A DNA stretch of 64,000 nt from contig JAZLBW010000045.1 in the NCBI GenBank assembly GCA_045613905.1, positions 137,647 through 201,646 on the forward strand, given 5' to 3'. The translations under genes and the position numbers were made by a program. The DNA comes from Candidatus Caccoplasma sp. GTDB taxonomy: Bacteria > Bacteroidota > Bacteroidia > Bacteroidales > G3-4614. A model generated the notes under the pieces. The model saw only the letters and a list, made by a program, of their open reading frames with translations, was not told the origin of the DNA and did not search any database. Shown here piece after piece: positions 37,371 through 47,774 of this stretch (position 1 is the stretch's first letter; every line of letters starts with the position of its first letter).

Positions 37371-38638
37371 TATCGTATTTTTAATGTTACTATTGTTAAT
37401 GCTGCCAAAAGTATGCTCACAATCCAAAAACGAATGGTTATTCGCGACTCGGGCATTTTGTTTATTGGCGTTTGTATCAGTGCTTTAATTGAACCGTCAC
37501 CATCTTTTTGGAAGTGGTGATGAAGTGGTGTCATTTTAAATATTCTGCGTCCTTCACCGTATCTCTTTTTTGTGTATTTGAAGTACGATGTTTGTAGTAT
37601 AACACTTAGACTCTCAACCAAGAATATTCCGCATAGCAAGGGCAAAAGAAGCTCTTTGTGTAGTATTATTGCCAAAACGGCGATGATTCCACCTATTGTG
37701 AGGCTTCCTGTATCTCCCATAAATACTTGTGCGGGATATACGTTATACCATAAAAATCCTATAAGTGCACCAACAAATGCACTAACAAACACCACTAACT
37801 CTCCCGAACCGGGTATATACATAATATCGAGGTAGGGGGCATATATGACGTGTCCCGAGAGATATGCGAATATACCCAACGTAACACCTATTATTGCAGT
37901 TGTTCCTGCTGCCAAGCCATCAAGTCCGTCAGTAAGGTTTGCTCCGTTTGAGACGGCTGTAACTACCAATATGCTTATTATCACAAATATTACCCATCCT
38001 GCAGTTTGTGAGTGTTCTCCTGCAAAAGGAATTAAATCGGCATAATCAAAGTTGTGGTTCTTTACAAAAGGGATGGTGGTCTTTGTCGATTTTTTATCAA
38101 TTCCTCGCGTAGTATCTTCTATAACTGTTGTTTGGCTAACCTCTTGCGGAGCGTTGTTTTTTTCTCGGATAACAACATCGGGCGATAGATAGAGTGTAAG
38201 TCCCACAATCAGACCCAATCCAATTTGTCCGATAATTTTGAATTTGCCTTTCATTCCCTCTTTGTTCTTTTTGATTACCTTGATGTAATCATCGGCAAAT
38301 CCCAATATTCCCAACCATACTGTGGTTATAATCATCAGCAACATATATATATTGCTCAAGCGACCTACCAACAGAGATGGAATAAGTGTTGCTATTATTA
38401 TTATTATACCTCCCATGGTGGGGGTTCCTTTCTTTGCGAGCTGTCCCTCCAAAGATAGGTCTCGAATTGTCTCTCCAATCTGCATTTTACGCAGTTTGCT
38501 TATAATTTTTCCTCCTATCACCATTGCAATAAAGAGCGATAACACAAATGCCAAAGTTGCTCTGAACGAAATGTATTGGAACATACCTGCTCCGGGAATG
38601 TCTATGGTGTTTAGGTAGTTAAAAAAATCGTATAACAT
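37370..38638 (-). CDS. mraY: Phospho-N-acetylmuramoyl-pentapeptide transferase
   Basis: [24 protein letters not shown]. Confidence 0.95.
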   Translation of the reverse strand: MLYDFFNYLNTIDIPGAGMFQYISFRATLAFVLSLFIAMVIGGKIISKLRKMQIGETIRDLSLEGQLAKKGTPTMGGIIIIIATLIPSLLVGRLSNIYMLLMIITTVWLGILGFADDYIKVIKKNKEGMKGKFKIIGQIGLGLIVGLTLYLSPDVVIREKNNAPQEVSQTTVIEDTTRGIDKKSTKTTIPFVKNHNFDYADLIPFAGEHSQTAGWVIFVIISILVVTAVSNGANLTDGLDGLAAGTTAIIGVTLGIFAYLSGHVIYAPYLDIMYIPGSGELVVFVSAFVGALIGFLWYNVYPAQVFMGDTGSLTIGGIIAVLAIILHKELLLPLLCGIFLVESLSVILQTSYFKYTKKRYGEGRRIFKMTPLHHHFQKDGDGSIKALIQTPINKMPESRITIRFWIVSILLAALTIVTLKIR

Positions 38639-38676
38639 ATTCTTAAAAGCTGTTTTTATATTCTCTTACTTGTTTT

Positions 38677-40134
38677 TTATCCTATCTCCTCAAATGCTTT
38701 TTCAATCTCTTCTCTATCGTCGAAGTGGTATTTTACACCTTTTATCTCTTGGTAGTCTTCGTGACCTTTTCCTGCCACCAATACAACATCTCCTGGTTTT
38801 GCAAGTTGTATAGCAAGTCGAATTGCTTCGCGGCGGTCGGTAATTGATAGAGTCTTTTTCAATTGGGCGGCAGACAATCCCTCTTTCATGTCTGCAATGA
38901 TTTGTTCAGGCTCTTCGTCTCTTGGATTGTCCGAGGTCAATATTACTTTTGATGATAGTTTTATTGCCTCTTGTGCCATTAGCGGACGTTTACCTTTATC
39001 GCGGTTTCCTCCTGCTCCTATTACAGAAATAATCTCTCCTTTGCCTCGTATGACCTCTGTTATTGATTGTAGTACATTGGTTATTGCATCGGGTGTATGT
39101 GCGTAGTCAACAATTGCTGTTACTCCCCCCTTGGAGAGTGTTTGGAAGCGTCCCGATACAGGAACGAGCATTGATAACACTGTCAACACCTCTTCTGCCT
39201 CTTTGCCTAACAGACAAGCGGCTCCATATACTGCCAATAGGTTATATGCGTTAAACTTACCAACAAATAGAGTCTCAACCTCTCTGTTGTTTATTTGGAG
39301 AGTTGTTCCGTCAATTCTGCTCTCAATGATTTTACCTTTGAACTCTGCCATTGATTTAAGAGAGTAACTGCTTTTTCTTGCTTTGCAGTTTTGAAGCATC
39401 ACCTCTCCGTTTCTATCGTCGGTGTTTGTAAGAGCAAAGGCATTTTTGCTAAGCGAATCAAAGAAGCTCTTTTTTGCTTTAAGATATGCATCAACGGTTT
39501 TGTGGTAGTCCATGTGGTCGCGAGTGAGGTTGGTGAAGATACCTCCGTCAAATGCCAAACCTCCAATTCTTTTTTGGTCGGCAGAGTGAGAACTTACCTC
39601 CATAAATGCATATGTACATCCCTCCTCAACCATATCGTTCAATAGAGAGTTAAGTGATATGGGATCGGGTGTCGTGTGAGTTGAAGGAACTGCTTTTTCT
39701 CCAACGTAGTTGCATACGGTCGATAGCAATCCTGTCTTCTCTCCGAAGATTTTAAACATTTTATATAGCAGTGTTGCTATGGTTGTTTTTCCGTTGGTTC
39801 CGGTTACTCCAACAAGTTTTAACTTCTCAGATGGGTAGTTGTACCATGCCGAAGCAAGTTGTCCTAAGGCAAGTTGAGAATCTTTTACAGTAATATATGT
39901 AATGCCCTCTTTTACTTCTTCAGGCATATCCTCGCACAATATAGCGGTTGCTCCCAACTCTATCGCCTTGCCAATAAATTTGTGACCGTCAACCGTTGTT
40001 CCTTTTACGGCTATAAACATATATTGAGGTTTTATATTGCGAGAGTCAGAATCTATACCCTTTACCTCTTGCTCTATATCACCTATAACGCCTGTGGTTT
40101 TTATCTTCTCTATAAGAGCCGATATCTTCTTCAT
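38677..40134 (-). CDS. murE: UDP-N-acetylmuramoyl-L-alanyl-D-glutamate--2,6-diaminopimelate ligase
   Basis: [10 protein letters not shown], the DNPR motif (SDNPRDE), GKGHE. Confidence 0.93.
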   Translation of the reverse strand: MKKISALIEKIKTTGVIGDIEQEVKGIDSDSRNIKPQYMFIAVKGTTVDGHKFIGKAIELGATAILCEDMPEEVKEGITYITVKDSQLALGQLASAWYNYPSEKLKLVGVTGTNGKTTIATLLYKMFKIFGEKTGLLSTVCNYVGEKAVPSTHTTPDPISLNSLLNDMVEEGCTYAFMEVSSHSADQKRIGGLAFDGGIFTNLTRDHMDYHKTVDAYLKAKKSFFDSLSKNAFALTNTDDRNGEVMLQNCKARKSSYSLKSMAEFKGKIIESRIDGTTLQINNREVETLFVGKFNAYNLLAVYGAACLLGKEAEEVLTVLSMLVPVSGRFQTLSKGGVTAIVDYAHTPDAITNVLQSITEVIRGKGEIISVIGAGGNRDKGKRPLMAQEAIKLSSKVILTSDNPRDEEPEQIIADMKEGLSAAQLKKTLSITDRREAIRLAIQLAKPGDVVLVAGKGHEDYQEIKGVKYHFDDREEIEKAFEEIG

Positions 40135-40140
40135 TTTATC

Positions 40141-42297
40141 TTATTTTAATGTTATTGTTACTTTATCTCCCTTGTTGAATGGTTCACCGCTTTTGGGTGT
40201 TTGCTCTACCACGCAACCGTGTCCGTTTACACTGACATTAATTCCCGATTGCTCTAATATTAGCAATGCATCTTTTAATCCCATTCCTATTACCGACGGA
40301 ACTCGTTTTATGCTGTCGTTTTCCGATTCCAAGACTTCAGGGTGTCTGTTTTTTATGTAAATGTCGCTGTTGTCTTTTTCTCTTGTTGTATATATAATAT
40401 TCAGAGAGTCGCAAACCATATCTGTTATGTTGCTTATCCCTCCCTTTATTTCAGGAGCCATTTCCAACTCCTTCGAAGGTTCTAAGAGAGGGGCATAGTT
40501 ATAGAATCCTTGTCCGTACATCTGTTCGGCAATAGATTTTACAACCTCGCCCGATATTGCTCCTGCCGATGGATATACTCCTCGAGGACGTGTTACTACC
40601 ACTATGCAAGAGTATAATGGAGTTTCGTTGTCGGGGAAGTATCCGCAGAATGATACGCGGTGAGTAGTCTCTCCACTCTTGTATCCTGCTCCACCCTGAG
40701 ATATTTGGGCAGTTCCTGTTTTACCGGCTATTGCGACATACGGTGAGCGTAGGTTTTGAGCAGTTCCGGATGTTACAACTCCGGAAAGCATCTTCCTTAT
40801 CTCCACCAATGTTTGAGGTTTACATATCTGCTCTCTCACAACTGTGGCATCGATATGCTCTTTTACCGATCCGTTTTGCAATATGTCTGACACAAACATA
40901 GGAGCCAACATCTTACCGTTATTCGCAATTGCGTTATAGAACATCAGAGTGTAAATAGGAGGTATCTGTACGTTGTATCCAAAACTCATCCATGGCAATG
41001 TGGTAAAGTTCCATCCTCGGTATCTGTCGGGATGAGGTACTTTAGGATATGCCTGTCCAATCATCTTCAAATCAACAGAGTCTCCCACTCCCATCTCGTT
41101 AAGCTTTTTGATAAATGCTTTAGGGTTGTTTTCATACCCTTTCAACACCGCCTTGGCGATACCGATGTTAGATGAGTAGTGTATGGCCTCTGCCAAAGAT
41201 ATTTTTCCGTATCCTCCACGATGTTTGTTCCAGTCGTTTATGAAACGGGTATGTTTTCCTCTTGAATATGCATATACACCGTTCCCTGTATCAAATATCT
41301 CGTCGGGAGTTGCTATGCCTTCGTCAAGAACGGCCATTGCTGCCATTGTTTTGAATGTAGAACCCGGCTCAACCATGTCGGCGATTGCATTGTTTCGAGA
41401 CTCAACAAATCGTCGTTCTGCTACTCTTCTGAAGTTTGCAATGGCTCTTACGGCTCCTGTTTTAACCTCCATTACGACAACACATCCGTCGTCTGCATCA
41501 ACCTCATGCAGTTTGTTTAACAGAGCCTGCTCTGCTATGTATTGTATTTTGAGGTCGATGGTTGTTCTTACGTCGCAACCATTCTCCTCATCAATTTTTG
41601 TGTCTCTTATCTCTATATAGGCTTTACGTGTTTTTTTAAAGTCTGCCACTCCGTCTTTACCCTTTAGTATTGAGTCGTATGCCAACTCAATACCATACTC
41701 TGCCTCGCCCAATTTTATTCGTCCGATTGTTCTTGAGGCAACGCTTCCAAAGGGCTTTTCTCTCTTCTCTTGTCCCTCCTCAAAAAAACCTGTTACGTCT
41801 CGTCCTTTCTCGATAAGTGGGAATTTTTTTATCTCCAACAAATCGAGATACGAAACCCATTCTTTGCTTATCCTAAAGCGTTTGTCTTTCTTTTCGTATG
41901 CAGTTCTTATGGCTTTTTTGTACTCTTTTGCACTTTTGTCTCCAATCTTTTCAGAGAGAGCCTTGCTTAAGGGGTCTATATATTTATCCAACGTATCGGG
42001 GTGTAACCTATCGACACGTTTGTCGTTTGCATCCAAAATTTTTCTGAAATCGAAATATAGGCGATACTCTTTGATTGTGCTTGCCAATATCTCGTCATTT
42101 GCTGATAATATATTACCTCTCTGAGCAGGAATTTTTATGTTTTTGCGTATTGTGGCTTCGGTTTTTTTATTCCATCCCTCTCTCTCCACAAATACTATTT
42201 TTATGGTTTTGGCAATGACAACGCAACACATCAGCACAACAACTGCTGATATGAGAAAGTATCGGAACAATATTTTACTTTGTTTACTCTTTTCCAT
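40141..42297 (-). CDS. ftsI: Penicillin-binding protein (FtsI/PBP3-like transpeptidase) with C-terminal PASTA domain
   Basis: N-terminal TM helix, STFK active-site motif (PGSTFK), KTGTA, and a C-terminal PASTA-like segment VPSVIGMGLKDALLILEQSG. Confidence 0.9.
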   Translation of the reverse strand: MEKSKQSKILFRYFLISAVVVLMCCVVIAKTIKIVFVEREGWNKKTEATIRKNIKIPAQRGNILSANDEILASTIKEYRLYFDFRKILDANDKRVDRLHPDTLDKYIDPLSKALSEKIGDKSAKEYKKAIRTAYEKKDKRFRISKEWVSYLDLLEIKKFPLIEKGRDVTGFFEEGQEKREKPFGSVASRTIGRIKLGEAEYGIELAYDSILKGKDGVADFKKTRKAYIEIRDTKIDEENGCDVRTTIDLKIQYIAEQALLNKLHEVDADDGCVVVMEVKTGAVRAIANFRRVAERRFVESRNNAIADMVEPGSTFKTMAAMAVLDEGIATPDEIFDTGNGVYAYSRGKHTRFINDWNKHRGGYGKISLAEAIHYSSNIGIAKAVLKGYENNPKAFIKKLNEMGVGDSVDLKMIGQAYPKVPHPDRYRGWNFTTLPWMSFGYNVQIPPIYTLMFYNAIANNGKMLAPMFVSDILQNGSVKEHIDATVVREQICKPQTLVEIRKMLSGVVTSGTAQNLRSPYVAIAGKTGTAQISQGGAGYKSGETTHRVSFCGYFPDNETPLYSCIVVVTRPRGVYPSAGAISGEVVKSIAEQMYGQGFYNYAPLLEPSKELEMAPEIKGGISNITDMVCDSLNIIYTTREKDNSDIYIKNRHPEVLESENDSIKRVPSVIGMGLKDALLILEQSGINVSVNGHGCVVEQTPKSGEPFNKGDKVTITLK

Positions 42298-42811
42298 TCT
42301 CTTTTATTGCGTTTATGGTATAAGGCGGATGTTTGGGTATTTCGAGCTTTAAGTCAGCCTCTTTTATAAGCTTTGCTATTGAATCTTCGCGTTGCAATGT
42401 TTTTAAGCGGGTGAACATTCCAAGCGATTTATATCGAATTTCCACTATTTCGCTTTCAACTCTTTTTATGCGAGCCGCACTTTGCTGACATGCATATCGG
42501 TTAGATATGTAGAAAAGGCTTATGAACAGGGCTGTCAAAATTGTTTTCCAATATCGTATGATAAAGTCAACCGATAATATTCGACCCATGAAGATTGTCT
42601 TAATGATATTCCAAAAACTCTTTAGAATATTCTTTCTCTCTCTCTTCTCCTTCTTATTGTCTTTTTTCTCTTCTTCAGTGGCAGAATCCGCCTCCTCGAT
42701 GTTTTTCTCCTCTTCTTGCTCTTGGGATACAACATCAGAGGCTGTATCATCAGATTGCTCCAATGATATAATCTCCTCTTTTAGTTCCTCTATATTTTCG
42801 TTTTCTGCCAT
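42284..42811 (-). CDS. FtsL-like division protein with acidic N-terminal extension
   Basis: Single TM helix plus a coiled coil, positioned between rsmH and ftsI. The N-terminal 60 aa are D/E/K-rich. Confidence 0.55.
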   Translation of the reverse strand: MAENENIEELKEEIISLEQSDDTASDVVSQEQEEEKNIEEADSATEEEKKDNKKEKRERKNILKSFWNIIKTIFMGRILSVDFIIRYWKTILTALFISLFYISNRYACQQSAARIKRVESEIVEIRYKSLGMFTRLKTLQREDSIAKLIKEADLKLEIPKHPPYTINAIKENGKE

Positions 42812-42815
42812 ACTG

Positions 42816-43724
42816 TTATAGTTTTTCTGCTATCCTTAATTTTGCCGAACGAGACCTTGGGTTACGCTCTATCTCCTCCTCCGATGGAACAATAACTTTG
42901 TTGTTTACCTGTTTGAGAGGAGCTATTACTCGTCCGAAGAAATCTTTTTCGGCTTTACCCTCAAAGTTGCCGAATTTGAAAAAGTCTTTTACAATCCTAT
43001 CCTCGAGCGAGTGGTATGTAAGTACAACCATTCTTCCTCCGGGTTTTAATATTGCGGCACTTTGGGTAAGCATGCTTTTGAGGCTTGCCATTTCGTCGTT
43101 TACCTCAATGCGCAGTGCCTGGAATATTTGAGCCAACTCCTTTTTCTCCTGTTTGGGATTTACCAAATCCTTTATCACAGAGAGTAGGTCGGTTGTTGTC
43201 TCTATCATTTTGCCCTCCCTTTTTTTTACTATTGCAGCGGCAATGCGTCTGGCATTGCGCATCTCTCCGTAGTAGTAGAGTATGTCGGCAATCTTATCTT
43301 CGGGATAACGGTTTATTATGTCAGATGCTGATTTGCCACCTCGTCGGTTCATTCTCATGTCAAGCTTTCCGTCGAAACGGAACGAGAATCCTCTGTCGGC
43401 TTCATCAAAGTGGTGGAACGATACACCCAAATCGGCAATTATGCCATCGACCTCTTCCACGTTGTGGTATTGCATGAAATTTTTCAAAAACCTGAAATTG
43501 CTTTTCACAAAAGTGAAGCGTTTGTCGTCAATTATATTCTTTTCTGCGTCGCTGTCTTGGTCAAAAGAGAATAGTCTTCCACCCTCTCCCAAATTTTTAA
43601 TTATACCTCGAGAGTGTCCGCCTCCGCCAAAGGTTACATCAACATATGTTCCGTTTGGAGAAATGTTTAATCCCTCAAGACATTCATCTAATAACGCAGG
43701 TATGTGATATACAGGTTCTTGCAT
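42816..43724 (-). CDS. rsmH: 16S rRNA (cytosine1402-N4)-methyltransferase
   Basis: HIPALL, DVTFGGGGHS, DLGVS, YHSLEDR. Confidence 0.95.
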   Translation of the reverse strand: MQEPVYHIPALLDECLEGLNISPNGTYVDVTFGGGGHSRGIIKNLGEGGRLFSFDQDSDAEKNIIDDKRFTFVKSNFRFLKNFMQYHNVEEVDGIIADLGVSFHHFDEADRGFSFRFDGKLDMRMNRRGGKSASDIINRYPEDKIADILYYYGEMRNARRIAAAIVKKREGKMIETTTDLLSVIKDLVNPKQEKKELAQIFQALRIEVNDEMASLKSMLTQSAAILKPGGRMVVLTYHSLEDRIVKDFFKFGNFEGKAEKDFFGRVIAPLKQVNNKVIVPSEEEIERNPRSRSAKLRIAEKL

Positions 43725-43985
43725 AATATCGCACTCAATAAAATATAGTTATCCTAAATTAGGGGATAAAGATAGTTAAAATAATCTATTAAAACCACAC
43801 AAGAAGAACTAATTTTATCAACAATTTTTATTGTGGCAAGAGTCTCTGTTTTTTGATTTTTTTGATGTAAAATTTGAACTGTTTTTTTACAAAACCTACA
43901 ACTCTTTCCTTACTTTCAATTAGTAAGATTTTAATCTTTTTGAATAAAAAAATTGCTAAATTTTTCTATAAAGAGATAAAAATTG

Positions 43986-43993
43986 TATTTTTG
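43986..43993 (+). promoter_or_regulatory. -7 box TATTTTTG for the glsA-like gene
   Basis: Exact TAnnTTTG match about 100 nt upstream of the ATG at 44092. Confidence 0.4.
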
Positions 43994-44091
43994 TTTGCTC
44001 TTTTATGGTCAAAAACAAACGATGACTTAGAGGAAAGAGTGTGTAATTGTTTGTTAAATAGAGTATTAATGCAAATTAATTTCTTAAGAAG

Positions 44092-44907
44092 ATGAACGAA
44101 CCATTAAGAATAGATTTGGATAAAGTTGTCAAAAGTAAGTTTCGTAAGGGCAAGGGTCTTCCGAAATTTATAATGAATTATCTAAAAAAGACGATTCATC
44201 AAGATGAAATTAATGCCTTTTTGGATGAAAACCCGGGTTTGGAAGGTATTGATTTTGCAAATGGCGTTAAGAAATTCTTGGATGTCGAATGTGATGTTTA
44301 CGGATTGGAGAATATACCAAAAGACAAAAAGTTTATTTTTGTAAGTAATCATCCTCTTGGCGGAATGGACGGAATTCTTTTGCTTTCGATTTTGGGAGAA
44401 TATTTTGATGGCAAGATAAAGGCTCAAGTAAACGACTTGTTGATGAACCTTAAACCTTTGGCTCCATGCTTCATCCCTGTCAACTGTTATGGTAGGCAGT
44501 CGAGAAGTTTGGCAAAGAACCTTGACGAGGTTATGGGAGGAGATAACCAATTGTTGGTATTCCCTGCAGGTATGTGTTCGCGCCGTCAAAAAGGAAAAAT
44601 TTTAGATTTGCCTTGGAAAAAGTGGTTTGTGACAAATGCAGTGTCGCAACAACGTGATGTTGTCCCCGTCTTTTTCAGAGGTCAAAACTCAAATTTCTTC
44701 TACAACTTTGCTTTGATACGTGAGAAATTAGGAATAAAATTCAATATTGAGCTTATATATTTACCTGACGAATTGTTTAAGGCAAAGGGTAAGAAATATG
44801 AGATATATTTCGGCAAACCGATTCCTTGGCAAACATTCAATTCTGATAAAAATCCACGTGAGTGGGCTCAATATGTGAAAGATTTAGTGTACGAAATAAA
44901 AAAGTAA
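44092..44907 (+). CDS. glsA: Lysophospholipid (PlsC-type) O-acyltransferase, glycine-lipid GlsA-like
   Basis: HX4D motif NHPLGGMDG and FPAGMCSR. Immediately upstream of an OlsB-like N-acyltransferase, as in the Bacteroides gls locus. Confidence 0.6.
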   Translation: MNEPLRIDLDKVVKSKFRKGKGLPKFIMNYLKKTIHQDEINAFLDENPGLEGIDFANGVKKFLDVECDVYGLENIPKDKKFIFVSNHPLGGMDGILLLSILGEYFDGKIKAQVNDLLMNLKPLAPCFIPVNCYGRQSRSLAKNLDEVMGGDNQLLVFPAGMCSRRQKGKILDLPWKKWFVTNAVSQQRDVVPVFFRGQNSNFFYNFALIREKLGIKFNIELIYLPDELFKAKGKKYEIYFGKPIPWQTFNSDKNPREWAQYVKDLVYEIKK

Positions 44908-44916
44908 TCCATCACT

Positions 44917-45849
44917 ATGGAAGAGATTATAGAGAAAATAGACAGAGCTCTAATTAAAGAAGAGTTAAAAAGAGCAACTTTTATTCGTCGCACTCGTAAG
45001 TGTAACAATGAAATTTATGTAATTGAAGCAGCTGAATCGCCCAATATAATGAACGAAATTGGCCGTTTAAGGGAGATAGCTTTTAGAAATGGAGGAGGAG
45101 GAACAGGCAAATCGGTGGATATCGATGACTTTGACACAATGACACCTCCTTGTCGTCAGTTGTTTGTTTGGGACCCAGAACAAGAGGAGATCTTGGGTGG
45201 TTATCGTTTCCTTCTTGGAGAGGATATTAAATTTGAGGAAGATGGTTCGCCCAGAATAGCAATGTCGCACCTATTTGAATTTTCACAAGAGTTCAAAGAG
45301 AAATATCTCCCTTATTCCATTGAATTGGGACGTTCGTTTGTTGCATTGGAGTATCAATCATCAAAAGCAGGAGCAAAAGGATTGTTTGCTCTTGACAACC
45401 TTTGGGATGGTTTGGGTGGAATTATTTCTATATATCCTCAAACAAAATACCTACTTGGTAAGTTTACTATGTACACCGAGTTCCCTGTTGTAGGTAGAAA
45501 TATGATCATGAACTTTTTGAGAATATATTTCCCTGATACTGACAATCTGATTTGGGCACACAAACCAATAGATACAACAGCTAACGATGCAGATTTTGAG
45601 TCGTTATTCTGTAAAACTGATTACAAAAAAGATTATCTAACTCTAAATGGTGAGATTAGAGCTTTAGGAGCAAACATACCTCCATTGGTAAGTGCATACA
45701 TGGCTCTATCGCCAACAATGAAAACATTTGGAACAGCAATCAATGATGAGTTTGGTGACGTGGAGGAGACAGGTATGATGATTACAATCGAAGATATCTA
45801 TCCCGAGAAGAAAGCACGTCACATCGAAAGCTATTCAAAAGAACAATAA
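44917..45849 (+). CDS. glsB: OlsB/hemolysin-like GNAT N-acyltransferase, glycine-lipid GlsB-like
   Basis: About 310 aa, with LREIAFRNGGGGTGKSVDIDDFD typical of the Acetyltransf_5/OlsB family. Paired with the PlsC-type gene. Confidence 0.6.
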   Translation: MEEIIEKIDRALIKEELKRATFIRRTRKCNNEIYVIEAAESPNIMNEIGRLREIAFRNGGGGTGKSVDIDDFDTMTPPCRQLFVWDPEQEEILGGYRFLLGEDIKFEEDGSPRIAMSHLFEFSQEFKEKYLPYSIELGRSFVALEYQSSKAGAKGLFALDNLWDGLGGIISIYPQTKYLLGKFTMYTEFPVVGRNMIMNFLRIYFPDTDNLIWAHKPIDTTANDADFESLFCKTDYKKDYLTLNGEIRALGANIPPLVSAYMALSPTMKTFGTAINDEFGDVEETGMMITIEDIYPEKKARHIESYSKEQ

Positions 45850-45865
45850 CATTTAAGTAGCTGAT

Positions 45866-46954
45866 ATGAAAAAGAGTATATCCTTAAAAATGGTGTTGGT
45901 ATTGCTTGTTGCGATGCTTGCCTCTTCATGTTCCGACAAGAGCTGGAATATGGCAGATGTTAAGGATATAGCAGTGGGATCAGGAGATTCGCTGTTTTTC
46001 ATATCAAAGAGTGATAAATATCAGTTTTCTGTTAACGCATCTCAAGTGTCATTAATAAGAGACGACGTGGCTTTGGTGCTTAAAGAAAACCGCTACGGAT
46101 ATGCCGATAATGATGGAGAGCAGATACTGCCCGATGTATATAAATATGCCACTGTTTTCAATAACAACATGGCTTGGGTTGTACGCAATGGAGATGTTCC
46201 GGGAGTGATAAATCGCAAAGGAGAGCTTAAATTTTCGCTTAGAGAGGTTGATTGGGTTGAAATCTACATTGAGGATATGGCTCGTTACTATACAACCGAG
46301 AAAAGGCAAAAACGTTATGGTTTTGCAAATATGCAAGGCGAAAAAGTAATACCTCCCATATACTACGATGCAACTCATTTTAGCGAAGGGTTAGCCGCTG
46401 TAAAAGGTTTGGACAATAAATGGGGTTATATCGATAACACAGGAACTGTTATAATACCGGCAAATTTTGATGCTGCAAAGATTTTTTCAGGAGAGTTGGC
46501 ACCTGTTGCTGTTGGAGATAAATGGGGCTTGATTAATAAAATGGGAGTGTTTGTTCTTGAACCTTCATTTGATGATTTAAGAGCTGACGGAGAGTTGTTT
46601 ATCACCTTAAACAACGACCAATGGGGATGGACAGATGTTAACGGAAAATGGGTGATTCCTGCCTCTTTTGACAAGGTTTTGCCTTTTAACGGAGCAGATG
46701 TAGCTCCTGTTATGATAAAAGGGAAATGGGCGTACGTAAATAGGTCAGGCAAGATTGTTGTTAAACGTCAGTTCGACGAGGCATACCCTTTTGTTGAGGA
46801 TTTGGCTCTTGTTAAAATAGGTGACTATTACGGCTTTATAAACAACCGAGGAGTGTATAAGATTAATCCTCAATACACTTACGTTTCTGCCGACTATATT
46901 AGTAATGCAATATATGGATTGCCTTTCTACTCATCGGTTAAGAGTGATAGATAA
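45866..46954 (+). CDS. WG-repeat (KWG-like) lipoprotein
   Basis: Lipobox LASSC and about 7 repeats of (Y/W)G(Y/F/L)(I/A)(D/N)xxGxxVIPxxFD. Confidence 0.75.
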   Translation: MKKSISLKMVLVLLVAMLASSCSDKSWNMADVKDIAVGSGDSLFFISKSDKYQFSVNASQVSLIRDDVALVLKENRYGYADNDGEQILPDVYKYATVFNNNMAWVVRNGDVPGVINRKGELKFSLREVDWVEIYIEDMARYYTTEKRQKRYGFANMQGEKVIPPIYYDATHFSEGLAAVKGLDNKWGYIDNTGTVIIPANFDAAKIFSGELAPVAVGDKWGLINKMGVFVLEPSFDDLRADGELFITLNNDQWGWTDVNGKWVIPASFDKVLPFNGADVAPVMIKGKWAYVNRSGKIVVKRQFDEAYPFVEDLALVKIGDYYGFINNRGVYKINPQYTYVSADYISNAIYGLPFYSSVKSDR

Positions 46955-46976
46955 GATTATATTTTTTGACAAAATA

Positions 46977-47020
46977 GAATAAGCAGGTTTTACGATGTGT
47001 AGAACCTGCTTATTCGTTTT
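46977..47020. terminator. Bidirectional terminator hairpin between convergent genes
   Basis: Perfect 13-bp stem GAATAAGCAGGTT/AACCTGCTTATTC followed by GTTTTAT. Confidence 0.65.
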
Positions 47021-47032
47021 ATGCAATCTTCG

Positions 47033-47476
47033 TTATTTACTTATCTCTCTTTTAAATGGGCGGCCTTCGTAGCGGCTTATGGCCTCAACGCATTTTTCGG
47101 TAATTGGTTCGGCGCTGTTAGTGTTTACGTCAAAGCCAACCATAATTGTGCGTGCTGCCGCTTTTAATTGGTTTGTATCGGGGTTTATAAGCTGTTGCGA
47201 TAACTCTAAGCTCTTGTTGCCAATACGCAAGATTGTGGTGCGTACCACTACCCTTTCCCCCATTAAAATTGGCGATATAAAGTCTGTTTCAATGCGAGCA
47301 ATTACTAACCCGAAATCTTGCCAGTCTATGAGGTCTGTATCCCATATAGCTTTAAAATATGCAACCTTACCAATATCAAAGTAGTTCATGAATATGGTAT
47401 TGTTTACATGACCCATTGGATCAAAGTCGTTAAAACGGGGCTGTACCTCTATTTTGTGTTTGTATAATTTGTCCAT
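47033..47476 (-). CDS. Acyl-CoA thioesterase (4HBT/YbgC-like hotdog fold)
   Basis: The N-terminal RFNDFDPMGHVNN matches the YbgC-type catalytic region. 147 aa. Confidence 0.8.
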   Translation of the reverse strand: MDKLYKHKIEVQPRFNDFDPMGHVNNTIFMNYFDIGKVAYFKAIWDTDLIDWQDFGLVIARIETDFISPILMGERVVVRTTILRIGNKSLELSQQLINPDTNQLKAAARTIMVGFDVNTNSAEPITEKCVEAISRYEGRPFKREISK

Positions 47477-47483
47477 CTCTTTT

Positions 47484-47774
47484 TTATCTGAATATAATAT
47501 CTTTTATTGTTTCGCTTCCTGTTGTTTTATTGAGTTTTTCAATTAGTATCGAACGATTCATTACCAATTCATTACGTGCCACTGAGGAGGTTACCTCTAC
47601 ATACAAAACTCCCTTGCTGACATATACTTTTCGGGTATATTTTGCCATGGTTTTGCCAACCACCTCTTCCCACTTTTGGGTTATGGTGGTTTCGTCGAGG
47701 CGACTCTTCATATTGTTTTTTGCGAGTAGCTCTTGAATGATTTCGCTTATATGTACGGTTTTGCGTCTCTCCAT
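47484..47774 (-). CDS. DUF721 (DciA-like) protein
   Basis: 96 aa. Its ATG directly abuts the recF stop (TAGATG), and it carries the LxVxVxSSxxxxEL pattern of DUF721. Confidence 0.7.
   Translation of the reverse strand: MERRKTVHISEIIQELLAKNNMKSRLDETTITQKWEEVVGKTMAKYTRKVYVSKGVLYVEVTSSVARNELVMNRSILIEKLNKTTGSETIKDIIFR

Noticed and set aside
43874-44095. A 73-aa plus-strand ORF in the rsmH/glsA gap, and a search for an mraZ relic there.
   Set aside because: It starts at TTG, has an AT-rich, I/K/F/L-biased composition, and contains the glsA-like promoter box. The minus strand shows only short stop-ridden frames with nothing resembling MraZ.
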